DNA of 63,842 nucleotides, counting the filler, from Nanobdellota archaeon (GTDB lineage Archaea; Nanobdellota; Nanobdellia; B33-G15): the NCBI GenBank assembly GCA_003660925.1. It is 3 parts of 3 records of this genome, joined end to end, with 100 filler letters (N's around TTAATTAATTAA, not from the genome) between each part and the next. Parts side by side here need not be neighbours in the genome. Positions count along the whole stretch, not along the records: positions 1 to 24,856 come from QMVD01000002.1; 2 more parts are not named here. One strand, 5' to 3'. The notes below the pieces were generated by a model, which worked only from the letters and a program-made list of their open reading frames with translations, was not told the origin of the DNA and ran no database searches. This document shows, one piece after another, positions 1 through 9,083 of this stretch. How positions within the stretch are numbered: the first letter of the stretch is position 1; every line of letters starts with the position of its first letter. Made by a program: the position numbers and the translations under genes.

Positions 1-714
1 AAGATGATAGACAAGCTATACGCCTCCATTGCCCACGAGATGGATATCTGGTTGAATTTAGATCGTTATGTCGAACACTTCGAGAGGTTGGCGAGGAAAG
101 AGGATTACATCTTCAAACGGATCCTCCCTTGGGTGGAGAAGGTTAAGGAAGAGGCTAAGGAGGAAGAGAAGAAGGAAGAGAAAGAAGAAAAAAAGGTGGA
201 AAAAGAAGCTGAAAAAGTCGAGAAGGGGCTGAAGAAGATCAGGGGCATCATTTCAAAGGAAGCACTGCATAGTGTGCCAAGTTTTCTTGCCAGGTTCTTG
301 AAAAAAAAGAATCCTGAAAAAGAGTTTGAGAGGTATGTTATCGGACCGATTGAGCAGATAAAGATAACTTTAGAAGTCTTGTACAAAGACTTGTACGAGA
401 TCGTTAGAGAAAAAAATGTTTGGACCGGCGATGAACAACAATTTTACCGTGCGGTAGACTGGTTCATAAAAGAATCTAAAAAGATAACGGAAGAGGCAAA
501 ACACTACATGGCCTCAAAAGTTCTTTCTGATCTGAAAAAAGGACTTGCTAAGGAAAACATCCCAATCAACGCGAGAGACGAAAACTTCATACAAAAACTC
601 AAGGATTGGGGCTACTATGACTACTTCAAGAAATTTATGGATAGGTATGAAAAACTCAGAGAAGAAGCAGTAGTCCTCCAAAGACTCCTCAATAAGGTTA
701 TCGAGAAACTTTAG
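1..714 (+). CDS. Hypothetical charged helical protein, possibly 5'-partial
   Basis: Frame is open from base 1 (first ATG at 4); E/K-rich stretch KEEAKEEEKKEEKEEKK; no family motif recognised. Confidence 0.6.
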   Translation, partial: KMIDKLYASIAHEMDIWLNLDRYVEHFERLARKEDYIFKRILPWVEKVKEEAKEEEKKEEKEEKKVEKEAEKVEKGLKKIRGIISKEALHSVPSFLARFLKKKNPEKEFERYVIGPIEQIKITLEVLYKDLYEIVREKNVWTGDEQQFYRAVDWFIKESKKITEEAKHYMASKVLSDLKKGLAKENIPINARDENFIQKLKDWGYYDYFKKFMDRYEKLREEAVVLQRLLNKVIEKL

Positions 715-720
715 TCGTTA

Positions 721-731
721 ACTTTTTATAC
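721..731 (+). promoter_or_regulatory. TATA box for the membrane-protein trio
   Basis: ACTTTTTATAC; TTTATA begins 28 nt before ATG 753. Confidence 0.6.
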
Positions 732-752
732 TTCTCTTGCGTAGAGAAAAGC

Positions 753-1271
753 ATGGCTGATGGCCTTTTTACGGGAGTTGTAGAGAGCTTACAACAAATG
801 GGCTTCTTCGACGTGCTCCTACCATTTCTACTGATCTTCGCTATCGTCTACGGGATCCTGGAAAAGACGAAGCTCTTCGAGGAAAGACACGACATCAATG
901 CTACCATCGCCTTCGTCATAGGCATGATAGTGATAGGGACCTCGTGGGTTTTAGGGGTCCTTTCAGGGTTCCTTCCATGGGTAGGACTGCTTTCAGTGTT
1001 GTTCGTGTCGTTCTTGTTGCTCATAGGGCTCTTCTGGGGAAAGGCGGAGGAGTTCTCCAAGAGCAATTTGTTAAGGTGGGGAGGGACCGCAGTGGTCCTG
1101 ATAGCGTTCATCTTCGTCCTACCTCCTTTGCTAGGATTCAACATATTCGGCACAGGGACCTTTGGTGGCATGACCACAGCTGACTGGGGAGCTCTCATAG
1201 CCATCTTCATCGTCTTCGGCCTCATACTTTACATAGCCAAGCCGAAGGAGGGAGGAAAGAAGGAGGGATGA
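753..1271 (+). CDS. Multi-TM membrane protein, paralogue 1 of 3
   Basis: GFFDVLLPFLLIFAIVYGILEKTKLF...INATIAFVIG; about 5 hydrophobic helices. Confidence 0.85.
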   Translation: MADGLFTGVVESLQQMGFFDVLLPFLLIFAIVYGILEKTKLFEERHDINATIAFVIGMIVIGTSWVLGVLSGFLPWVGLLSVLFVSFLLLIGLFWGKAEEFSKSNLLRWGGTAVVLIAFIFVLPPLLGFNIFGTGTFGGMTTADWGALIAIFIVFGLILYIAKPKEGGKKEG

Positions 1272-1274
1272 GCA

Positions 1275-1778
1275 ATGGTAGTGATGGAGTGGCTCAACGC
1301 TATATGGCAGGGCTTCCAGGTCCTGACGCCAGCAGGCATACAACCAGAGTACTTCTGGTCCACTTTTTTACTCATTTTTGCCCTCGTTTACGCATTGCTA
1401 AGTAAGGTGAAGCTTTTCGGGGAGGAGTTGGAGGAGAAAGGGAAGGGGATCAACGCGATCATAGCCCTCGTTTTTGCCTACTTCACCGCCAGTTCCGCTT
1501 TTGCAACCATAATCATCTCCAAGATGGCGCCGAACTTAGGGATGTTCTTGGTAGCCCTTCTCACTTTAGTCATGGTGTTCTCCTTCCTTTCGGAGAACTT
1601 CGAGAACTACAAGTGGTTAGTGATCATCATAAGCATCATAGGTTTTGCCTACGTCCTTTGGAGCGCGTTCTCAGGAGTTCCAGGAGTGACTGGTGTGAGC
1701 ATAACTAAGGAGGACTGGGGAGCCATCATAGCATTGGGGATCATCATAGGGTTGCTCGCCTACGCCTTCAAGAAGTGA
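1275..1778 (+). CDS. Multi-TM membrane protein, paralogue 2 of 3
   Basis: FLLIFALVYALLSKVKLF...INAIIALVFA; C-terminal DWGAIIA matches DWGALIA of paralogue 1. Confidence 0.85.
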   Translation: MVVMEWLNAIWQGFQVLTPAGIQPEYFWSTFLLIFALVYALLSKVKLFGEELEEKGKGINAIIALVFAYFTASSAFATIIISKMAPNLGMFLVALLTLVMVFSFLSENFENYKWLVIIISIIGFAYVLWSAFSGVPGVTGVSITKEDWGAIIALGIIIGLLAYAFKK

Positions 1779-1784
1779 TGAGAG

Positions 1785-2330
1785 ATGGCTGAGACCTTCA
1801 TGGAAGCAGTTGGGGTCTTCAGGTACTTCGGATTCCAGTACTTGATGGTCCCCCTTTTGATCTTCGTCTTAGTCTTGGGTTTCCTTCAGAGGACCAAACT
1901 TCTCGGGGACAAAGCAGATCTTAACGCCGCCGTAGCCCTGGCAGTAGCTTTCTTGAGCATGATGGTGCCTGGGTTTGTGGACTTCGTCTACGCTTTGATC
2001 CCTTTCTTCGTGGCCTTCGTAGTCATCCTCTTCGGGGCAGCCTTGGTCTTCATGCTCCTCGGAGCCAAGGCAGAAGACATCTTTGCCTTTACTAAAAGAC
2101 CAGAAGTGACAGTGTTTCTACTCGTTTTGTCAGTCATCATCACCTTTTACGTCATCGGTCAACAATTCGGTCATCTTTTCTCTCCCTACGCGAACGTGAC
2201 TAACGAGAGCCAAACTTTAGTCATGCGGGAAGCATCTCAACGCATATTCAATCCTAAAGTGCTCGGTACCATCATTTTCTTGGCCATAATCTCTATAGGA
2301 ATTTATCTCCTAACGGTCCCGAAGAAGTAG
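1785..2330 (+). CDS. Multi-TM membrane protein, paralogue 3 of 3
   Basis: VPLLIFVLVLGFLQRTKLL...LNAAVALAVA; same N-terminal motif as paralogues 1 and 2. Confidence 0.85.
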   Translation: MAETFMEAVGVFRYFGFQYLMVPLLIFVLVLGFLQRTKLLGDKADLNAAVALAVAFLSMMVPGFVDFVYALIPFFVAFVVILFGAALVFMLLGAKAEDIFAFTKRPEVTVFLLVLSVIITFYVIGQQFGHLFSPYANVTNESQTLVMREASQRIFNPKVLGTIIFLAIISIGIYLLTVPKK

Positions 2331-2331
2331 G

Positions 2332-2955
2332 TCACTTCTTGCTCTTGACGACTTCTTTCAACTCTTTTATGCTTTCACTTAGGGTGGGGATGAGTTTTCC
2401 CATCACCTTTTGAAGGGCTTGAATCTCCACGTTCACATCCTGCATGGCCTTACCGTATTCTTCCACCTTTGCTGCCATGCTCGCCTCTATCCCATCTATC
2501 CTGGATTTGAAGTCATCTATCCTCGCGTTCAGGTTCTCAATTTTCTTCTCGATTTCCGCCTTCCATTTTTCGAGGACGGACAGCTTTTCTTCCACCTCAT
2601 CCCACTTTTCTTCGATTATCTGTTCGAGTATCCTCTCGATTTCCTCCACGCTCTTCCTCTCGGGGGCCCCAACAGGGGCTGTCTCCAGGGTCGGAGCCAT
2701 GGGAGCGGCAAGGGTCTCTGTTCCAGGGGCAGGAGGTGTGGGGAGGGCTGGAGGGGTCTCTGGAGGAGTGACAGTGGTCTTCAAATCGGCCTGAGACAAG
2801 GCGTTCCTTATACTCTCGAAGTCATAACCCTCTGCCCTCAACTGATTGATGATTTGATCGTTAGTCAGTCCCCTACTCCTTAGGTCTAAGACCTCTTTTA
2901 CGGGAACTGGCTTGGGAGCGGGCTTCTCCTCTTTTTTCTTTCCGAAAGGAAACAT
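2332..2955 (-). CDS. Hypothetical protein: small helical N-domain, Pro-rich linker, coiled coil
   Basis: LRSRGLTNDQIINQLRAEGY; PPETPPALPTPPAP; EEIERILEQIIEEKW then heptad repeats. Confidence 0.8.
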   Translation of the reverse strand: MFPFGKKKEEKPAPKPVPVKEVLDLRSRGLTNDQIINQLRAEGYDFESIRNALSQADLKTTVTPPETPPALPTPPAPGTETLAAPMAPTLETAPVGAPERKSVEEIERILEQIIEEKWDEVEEKLSVLEKWKAEIEKKIENLNARIDDFKSRIDGIEASMAAKVEEYGKAMQDVNVEIQALQKVMGKLIPTLSESIKELKEVVKSKK

Positions 2956-3327
2956 TCACACCCTCCCCATCTCCTTCCTTATCAGCTGAATCGCCTCCTC
3001 CTTGGTCAAGTATCTAGTAGGGTCTAACAAGTTAATATATCTTTCCAAAACCTTGACGTCCTGAACCTTCGCCACATTCTCCAACTCTTTTATGATGTTT
3101 TTTACCACATTCTCCAACTCTTTCACCAATTTCTTCAACTCATCAACGTCCGCATTGAAGTCCGATATCATTTCTTTCATCTCCTTGTACCTGCTCAAGG
3201 AACTCTCGTCCACGATCTTTATCTTCGTAGATAGTTGGTCGTACCTCTCCTCTAATAATCTCACCCTGCTCATGAGTTGATTGACTTGCTGGTACAAAAA
3301 CTGCATGTAATTTTGTTGGTTTTCCAT
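2956..3327 (-). CDS. Hypothetical coiled-coil protein
   Basis: ATG 3327 (MENQQ); RVRLLEERY...DVKVLERYINLLDP; abuts the downstream gene. Confidence 0.8.
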   Translation of the reverse strand: MENQQNYMQFLYQQVNQLMSRVRLLEERYDQLSTKIKIVDESSLSRYKEMKEMISDFNADVDELKKLVKELENVVKNIIKELENVAKVQDVKVLERYINLLDPTRYLTKEEAIQLIRKEMGRV

Positions 3328-3399
3328 GAAGCACCACAATTTTTAAATCGCTAAGTATAAGACATATTGAGCGCATTTAATACTTTTCGATGATGAGCC

Positions 3400-5655
3400 A
3401 TGAAAAAACCGTGTTCTTACACCGTGGAAATCGAAGGGAACCAAAAGAACCTCATCGTGAACTGCGTGGGTTGCATGTTCTATCCGAGCTTAGAGGACAA
3501 CTTCGCCTGCATGGAGAGGGTGGTCAACTACATCCTGGAGGCAGGGACTCCCACCAACATCATCCTTTCCAGCACCAGGAACTTCATCTACCCAAAGGAA
3601 CAGGCAGAAATGTTGGCAGAGATAGCCACCACTTATAAGGTATTGACCAAGGAGAAGAATGTGCTGGACATAAACAAGTTGGCGCCCTTTAATCGAGCCG
3701 CTTTGGGGGAGAGGATAAGCATCGTTAGGGACATAGTGTTGGGCACTTTAAGGGGAGATCCTGTTGGAGCCTACGTTAAGGCATTGAGGGAATTGAGGAG
3801 GCAGAAGGCCAGGTATGAGTTGGCCCCACCAGGGGAGAAGAGGGACCTCCAATCCTTCATCTCTGTCCTGAACGATATCGTGGAGACCTTAGAAGGGACT
3901 AAGCTGATAAAGAGGGCCATGCCGAAGATCCCTGGATATTCTGTGGGCGATAGGTCAATTTACAGGGATATCTTCGAACCTCTCATAAAACCTAATTTCA
4001 TGCTCACCAGGCTCATGGCAGAACCCCCTGCTAAAGCTGTGGAGATAGACTCTTACACCATAGGGAAGTTCGACAAGTCAGACGTCACCATCTTAAAAGT
4101 CCCAAATAAAGTACAACTCCTCTACCACATCATCCCACCGGAATTCAGGTTAGATGAGGCAGAGTATGCCTTGCTGGATGAGGCGAGGAACATCCTGGCC
4201 AAACACAAGCCGACGGAGAAGGAGTTCGTTGATCCCAAGCGAACGAGGGACGTCTTCTTCAGCATAAGCAGGGACCTCCTAGAACAACTAGCGAAAAGTA
4301 AGGGGATGAACTTGAAATATAAGGAAATAGAAAGACTTGCGAGGATCTTGGTGAGGTTGACGGTGGGGTTTGGTTTAGTAGAGGTCTTGCTGGAAGACGA
4401 ACTGGTGGAGGACGTTTACATAAACGCGCCCATAGGTTCTGAACCTATTTTCGTGAAACACGCTAAATACGGTGAATGTTTCACTAACATCATACCGAGC
4501 TACACCGAAGCCGAGGCGTGGGCATCCAGGTTCAGGATGATCTCGGGGAGGCCATTGGACGAGGCCAATCCAGTATTAGACACAGAGATCATAACTCCAA
4601 CAGTGTTCGCCAGGGCCACCGCTGTCCAAAATCCCTTGAGCCCTCATGGCCTTTCCTTCGCTTTCAGGAGACATAGGGCTAAGCCGTGGACCCTCCCTTT
4701 ATTCGTGAAGAACAAGTTCCTTTCTCCCCTCGCTGCTGGACTGATCTCCTTCTTGGTGGACGGCGCGCGCACCATGCTCATAGGCGGGACCAGGGGTTCT
4801 GGGAAGACGAGCCTCCTCTCCGCCATAATGGTGGAGATCATGAGGAAGTACAGGATCATAACCGTGGAGGACACTTTGGAATTGCCAGTCTCCCAACTCA
4901 AAGATCTGGGCTTTAACATTCTTTCCATGAAGGTGAGGAGTGCCATAACTGGTGGGAAGGCGGAGATGAGCGCTTCTGATGGCATAAGGACCGCCTTGAG
5001 GTTGGGCGACTCATGTTTGGTTATAGGAGAGGTGAGGAGTAAGGAGGCAGTCGCCCTATACGAAGCGATGAGAGTGGGTGCTTTAGCAAACGTGGTCATG
5101 GGCACCATACACGGGGATAGTCCCTATGGGGTATTCGACAGGGTGGTGAATGATTTAGGAGTTCCTAGAACAAGTTTCAAGGCCACGGACATAATAATCA
5201 TCGCGAACAAGCTGAGGAGCCCGGGAATGATAGAGGAAATGAGAAGAGTGGTGAGCATAACTGAGGTGAGGAAGCATTGGGAAGAGGACCCCGTGAGGGA
5301 GAAGGGGTTCGTGAACTTGATGGAGTACAATGCGAAGAAAGATACCCTAGAACCAACGCCCGCTTTGTTAGAGGGAGAAAGCGAAGTGATAAAAGCTGTC
5401 GGTTCGAGGGTGAGGGAGTGGATAGGGAACTGGGATAGGATATGGGACAACATCTTATTGAGGGCCAAGATAAAGGAACTCATGGTGAAGTACTCGGAAA
5501 AGGACCCAAGCATCTTAGAGGCGGATTTCGTGGTCATAGCTAATGACATGTTCCACAACATCTTCACCAAACTGGCGGAGGAACAGGGGTATCCGGAAAG
5601 TGAAAGGGTGCTCGAGGAGTTCGAGTCTTGGTTGAAGAAGAAGGTGAGGAAATGA
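3400..5655 (+). CDS. Type II/IV secretion / type IV pilus assembly ATPase (TadA/CpaF/ArlI/VirB11 family) with N-terminal extension
   Basis: Walker A GGTRGSGKTS, Asp box TVEDTLEL, ALRLGDSCLVIGEVR, His box GTIHG. Confidence 0.93.
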   Translation: MKKPCSYTVEIEGNQKNLIVNCVGCMFYPSLEDNFACMERVVNYILEAGTPTNIILSSTRNFIYPKEQAEMLAEIATTYKVLTKEKNVLDINKLAPFNRAALGERISIVRDIVLGTLRGDPVGAYVKALRELRRQKARYELAPPGEKRDLQSFISVLNDIVETLEGTKLIKRAMPKIPGYSVGDRSIYRDIFEPLIKPNFMLTRLMAEPPAKAVEIDSYTIGKFDKSDVTILKVPNKVQLLYHIIPPEFRLDEAEYALLDEARNILAKHKPTEKEFVDPKRTRDVFFSISRDLLEQLAKSKGMNLKYKEIERLARILVRLTVGFGLVEVLLEDELVEDVYINAPIGSEPIFVKHAKYGECFTNIIPSYTEAEAWASRFRMISGRPLDEANPVLDTEIITPTVFARATAVQNPLSPHGLSFAFRRHRAKPWTLPLFVKNKFLSPLAAGLISFLVDGARTMLIGGTRGSGKTSLLSAIMVEIMRKYRIITVEDTLELPVSQLKDLGFNILSMKVRSAITGGKAEMSASDGIRTALRLGDSCLVIGEVRSKEAVALYEAMRVGALANVVMGTIHGDSPYGVFDRVVNDLGVPRTSFKATDIIIIANKLRSPGMIEEMRRVVSITEVRKHWEEDPVREKGFVNLMEYNAKKDTLEPTPALLEGESEVIKAVGSRVREWIGNWDRIWDNILLRAKIKELMVKYSEKDPSILEADFVVIANDMFHNIFTKLAEEQGYPESERVLEEFESWLKKKVRK

Positions 5656-7700
5656 AGGACGTAGAAGAGCTCTTCGAGAAATATCTTGGGAAGAAAGAGG
5701 GAGAAGTGAGCAGGGAGTTCAAGCTCTTCTTGAGGGACGAGAGGACAGAGTTCATGAAGAAGTTCGAGAAGTTATGTAGATGGGCAGGGAGGATAATTCA
5801 GGTCAAGTTGGACGAAGGGGAGAGGAAGAGGTTGGAGAGCGCGATTTCCATAACCGGGATGAAGATAAGGCCGGAGGACGTGGGGGCCCTCTCCCTCCTC
5901 TCCCTTTTGTTTATGGTCGTTTTCACCTCAATTCTCGCCCTGATCGCTTTTCTCTTCAACCTTTTGACGGGAGTTGTGCCCTTCGTCATCCTCGGGTTAG
6001 GTGTGGGAGCTGTGTTCGTCCACAATTACATCAGGAAACTTCCCATCTCTCTCATAGAACAGAGGAGGGTGAGGGCTTCTAACGAATTAGTGTTAGCGAT
6101 TTTGTACATCGTTTCTTACATGAGGCATACTTCCAACTTGGAGGAAGCGGTTAGGTTCGCAGCTTCGAACCTGGAAGGTCCCCTGGCAAACGATTTCACC
6201 AAACTCATATGGGACATCCAGGCAAGAAAATATTCTGACATAAACGACGCGTTGAACCACTACGTAATGAACTGGAAGGAGTTCAGCCCGGAGTTCGTGG
6301 ATGCCATATACCTCATAAGGAGCACTCTATACCAATCCGATGAGGCGAATAGGATTTCTCTCCTAAATGAGGCAGTGGAGAGGATACTCGACGGGACTTA
6401 CAGGCGCATGATAAACTACGCTTCTTCCCTGAGGAATCCCATAAACACTCTCTACATGCTGGGGATAGTCCTCCCAGTTTTGGGGATGGTGATGTTTCCC
6501 ATGCTTTCCACGTTCTTCGCCAAATCCGTCAGCGTGCTCAGCATCGCAATTGGTTATAACATCATCCTCCCCCTCATCGTGGCATTCCTCGCCAAGAACG
6601 TGCTCAAGAACAGACCCTCTGGCTTCCCCTACACCGATATAAGTAAGCACCCCAACATCCCGAAGAGGCATCACTTCTTCTTCGGTAAGAGGCAGTATCC
6701 CTCCATCATACCCGCTGCCTTGGTGGCCCTCATCTTCATCGCACCCTCCACTTACGCCTTGTCCTTCATTCAAGGCGTGAGCGAGCTTCAGGTATATCTG
6801 AGCATACCCATAGTGTTCGGGCTGGGAGTTGGCGTTTACGTCCACACCAAATTATCCACGGCAAGGGCAGTGGAACTCCTCAAACAAGTCAGGGACGTGG
6901 AGGAGGACTTCGCTCATGCAGCCTTCCAATTGGGTACTATCTTGATGCAAGACATTCCCCCAGAACAGGCATTCGTCAAGGTGAGCGATTCCATGAAGGG
7001 TTCTAGGACCGCCGCTTTCCTGGGCAAGGTAGTGAACAATGTGAAGAGGTTAGGCATGAGCATAAGGGACGCTCTCTTCGAGAAGAAGAACGGGGCAGTG
7101 TGGATGTACCCTTCTCCAATCATAAGGAGCACCATGCAGGTCCTAGTTGATACTTCTAAGAAGAGCTTGAAGGATGCCGGGGTCGCCCTCGTTTTCATCT
7201 CCAAGTACCTCAGAAACATAAAGAACGTAGACGATAAGGTCAGGGACGCCTTAGATGAGGTCCTCTCCTCCATGCACTTCCAAGTCGTCTTCTTAGGACC
7301 TATCATAAGCGGGATAGTCGTGGGTATGACAGCCCTTATAACCCTCGTCTTGACCATCTTAGGGGAGAGGATAACCAACCTCGCACAACTCTTAGGTACA
7401 GGGGGAGCTCAAGGTGTGCCTTCCCTCTTCTTCGTCAGCGGCCTGTTCAACATGACCCAGACGACCCCGTTACACCTCTTCCAACTCATGGTGGGATTAT
7501 ACACCATAGAGATCATCATCATAATCGGTTACATGATATCCAACATAGAGAGGCCCGGGGATCCGTACTACAGGGACTTCACCATATCCAGAATGATCCT
7601 CATCCCCTTAGTGATCTACTCCATAGTCACCTCAGCCATCACCATGATCTTGGGAGGACTGGCCAGGTTAGCCATTGGGGTTAGTGAGGTGTTCGCATGA
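5652..7700 (+). CDS. Pilus membrane platform protein (TadB/TadC/ArlJ, T2SS F-like)
   Basis: ATGA overlap with the ATPase stop and a GGTGAGG SD; many TMs with two cytoplasmic domains; NLEEAVRFA...GPLANDF. Confidence 0.85.
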   Translation: MKDVEELFEKYLGKKEGEVSREFKLFLRDERTEFMKKFEKLCRWAGRIIQVKLDEGERKRLESAISITGMKIRPEDVGALSLLSLLFMVVFTSILALIAFLFNLLTGVVPFVILGLGVGAVFVHNYIRKLPISLIEQRRVRASNELVLAILYIVSYMRHTSNLEEAVRFAASNLEGPLANDFTKLIWDIQARKYSDINDALNHYVMNWKEFSPEFVDAIYLIRSTLYQSDEANRISLLNEAVERILDGTYRRMINYASSLRNPINTLYMLGIVLPVLGMVMFPMLSTFFAKSVSVLSIAIGYNIILPLIVAFLAKNVLKNRPSGFPYTDISKHPNIPKRHHFFFGKRQYPSIIPAALVALIFIAPSTYALSFIQGVSELQVYLSIPIVFGLGVGVYVHTKLSTARAVELLKQVRDVEEDFAHAAFQLGTILMQDIPPEQAFVKVSDSMKGSRTAAFLGKVVNNVKRLGMSIRDALFEKKNGAVWMYPSPIIRSTMQVLVDTSKKSLKDAGVALVFISKYLRNIKNVDDKVRDALDEVLSSMHFQVVFLGPIISGIVVGMTALITLVLTILGERITNLAQLLGTGGAQGVPSLFFVSGLFNMTQTTPLHLFQLMVGLYTIEIIIIIGYMISNIERPGDPYYRDFTISRMILIPLVIYSIVTSAITMILGGLARLAIGVSEVFA

Positions 7701-8107
7701 AAGTGAACTTGTTACAGGTCATCCTGGGACTGATGGTGGGGGCGATGGTGCTCCTAGTCGTTTTCTCTTACATGGGGACCCACATGGCCAATGGTTTGTG
7801 CGAGAATAAGTACACGGAAGCGTTGAAGGGTTACAAGGATTATGGGGAAGGAGTGAGGTATCCAGCCTGGCTCACTGATTGTTGCTATGACTCTGATAGG
7901 GCATCGGATGTCTGTCAGGCCTATGCAGACGCCCTAGGGGAAGACCCGAGCGAGATCTGCTCGGACTTGTCAAAGGATAATCCAGCGACCCTCTTCGATT
8001 GTACGGAGAGCGATGACTTGTGCAATGATGAGGACTGCGTCCAATCGTGTGACAGGGATGAGATATGCGAAAAGGGGGAAGGCCCCTGGTGTGAGGACTG
8101 TTGGTGA
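7697..8107 (+). CDS. Pilin-like protein with Cys/Asp-rich C-terminal domain
   Basis: N-terminal hydrophobic helix, then 12 Cys in an acidic tail; ATGA-coupled to the platform gene. Confidence 0.7.
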   Translation: MKVNLLQVILGLMVGAMVLLVVFSYMGTHMANGLCENKYTEALKGYKDYGEGVRYPAWLTDCCYDSDRASDVCQAYADALGEDPSEICSDLSKDNPATLFDCTESDDLCNDEDCVQSCDRDEICEKGEGPWCEDCW

Positions 8108-8235
8108 TGATCCAAAGGGAGGTGAGGGATTGGCTCCTCTTTTTGGTAGCCCTAGTGATCCTGATCCTCTTCATTTATGCCTTTTATGAGGTGGTCGTGA
8201 AGAACGCTAACGTATCCTTTTGGGGGTTAATCTGA
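8107..8235 (+). CDS. 42-aa single-TM micro-protein, pilin-like (not in ORF track)
   Basis: MIQREVRDWLLFLVALVILILFIYAFYEVVVKNANVSFWGLI; TGATG overlaps at both ends. Confidence 0.7.
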   Translation: MIQREVRDWLLFLVALVILILFIYAFYEVVVKNANVSFWGLI

Positions 8236-9083
8236 TGCAGATGATAGTCAAGCTCATCGTGGCCGTGATCGCCCTAGCCCTTTTCCTGAGCGTGATCTTC
8301 TTGCTCATCCAACCATCGGACGTGATAGGTTTTGCCATTCAGATCTTCCCCGTGAAGCTCCTGAAAGGAGCGTACCTCTCCCTGGGAAATTGGCTGGGAT
8401 TGTTAGGCCAAATACTCTTCATCGCTTCCAATGCCCCAAGCATCTCCAGCGCCTGGACACCGCGCACCATAGAGTACTCAGGACTGCTTCAGGACCTTCC
8501 CTCCATCCTCGGGACGAGGATCCTCGCGTATTGGAACATCTTGAGGTATGGAGACGAGGATCCCCTGGTGAGGGAGAACACGCTCATGGAACTCTTCATC
8601 GTGAGGGTTGAGGACAAAAACCTCACTGAGGCCTTCCTCGAGTTGAACGACACCTACAACTTCACCGCAGTCCTCGTGAACAAGACGGACGACATCGCGG
8701 AATACGTGAACTTGAATGATTGGACGGAGTTCGGGAGTTTAGGGGACTTCAACGGCACGATCCACGTCTACTATAGCGACTGGTTTTTGTACGAATCAGG
8801 GAAGGATAAGAGCCCAGTGGCCACTTACTGTTATGTGAGCCCGAGTCAGAGGGATGCGCCTAAGGACAATGGACAGGCCTCTGGCTTCTTTGATGCCTTC
8901 ACCGAAGAACAGGAGTGGGAGGAATCTTGGCTCGATGAACTGTACGATTGGTTCGCCTCTATGGGCTTCTCTTTTTCAGATACCGACGAGGCCTGTGACA
9001 TTGCCCTCACTGCCTGCGGCTATCTCACGAAGTCAATGGTGTGTTGTGAGGACAAGATCATCATATGCTTGGTGAGAACATGA
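8235..9083 (+). CDS. Membrane-anchored pilin-like protein with Cys-rich C-terminus
   Basis: ATG 8235 in a TGATG overlap; MQMIVKLIVAVIALALF; ends CCEDKIIICL. Confidence 0.7.
   Translation: MQMIVKLIVAVIALALFLSVIFLLIQPSDVIGFAIQIFPVKLLKGAYLSLGNWLGLLGQILFIASNAPSISSAWTPRTIEYSGLLQDLPSILGTRILAYWNILRYGDEDPLVRENTLMELFIVRVEDKNLTEAFLELNDTYNFTAVLVNKTDDIAEYVNLNDWTEFGSLGDFNGTIHVYYSDWFLYESGKDKSPVATYCYVSPSQRDAPKDNGQASGFFDAFTEEQEWEESWLDELYDWFASMGFSFSDTDEACDIALTACGYLTKSMVCCEDKIIICLVRT

Noticed and set aside
3389..3399. ATGATGA box C-like motifs here and near 37215
   Set aside because: No properly spaced D' or D boxes follow; they sit in ordinary promoter-proximal sequence.
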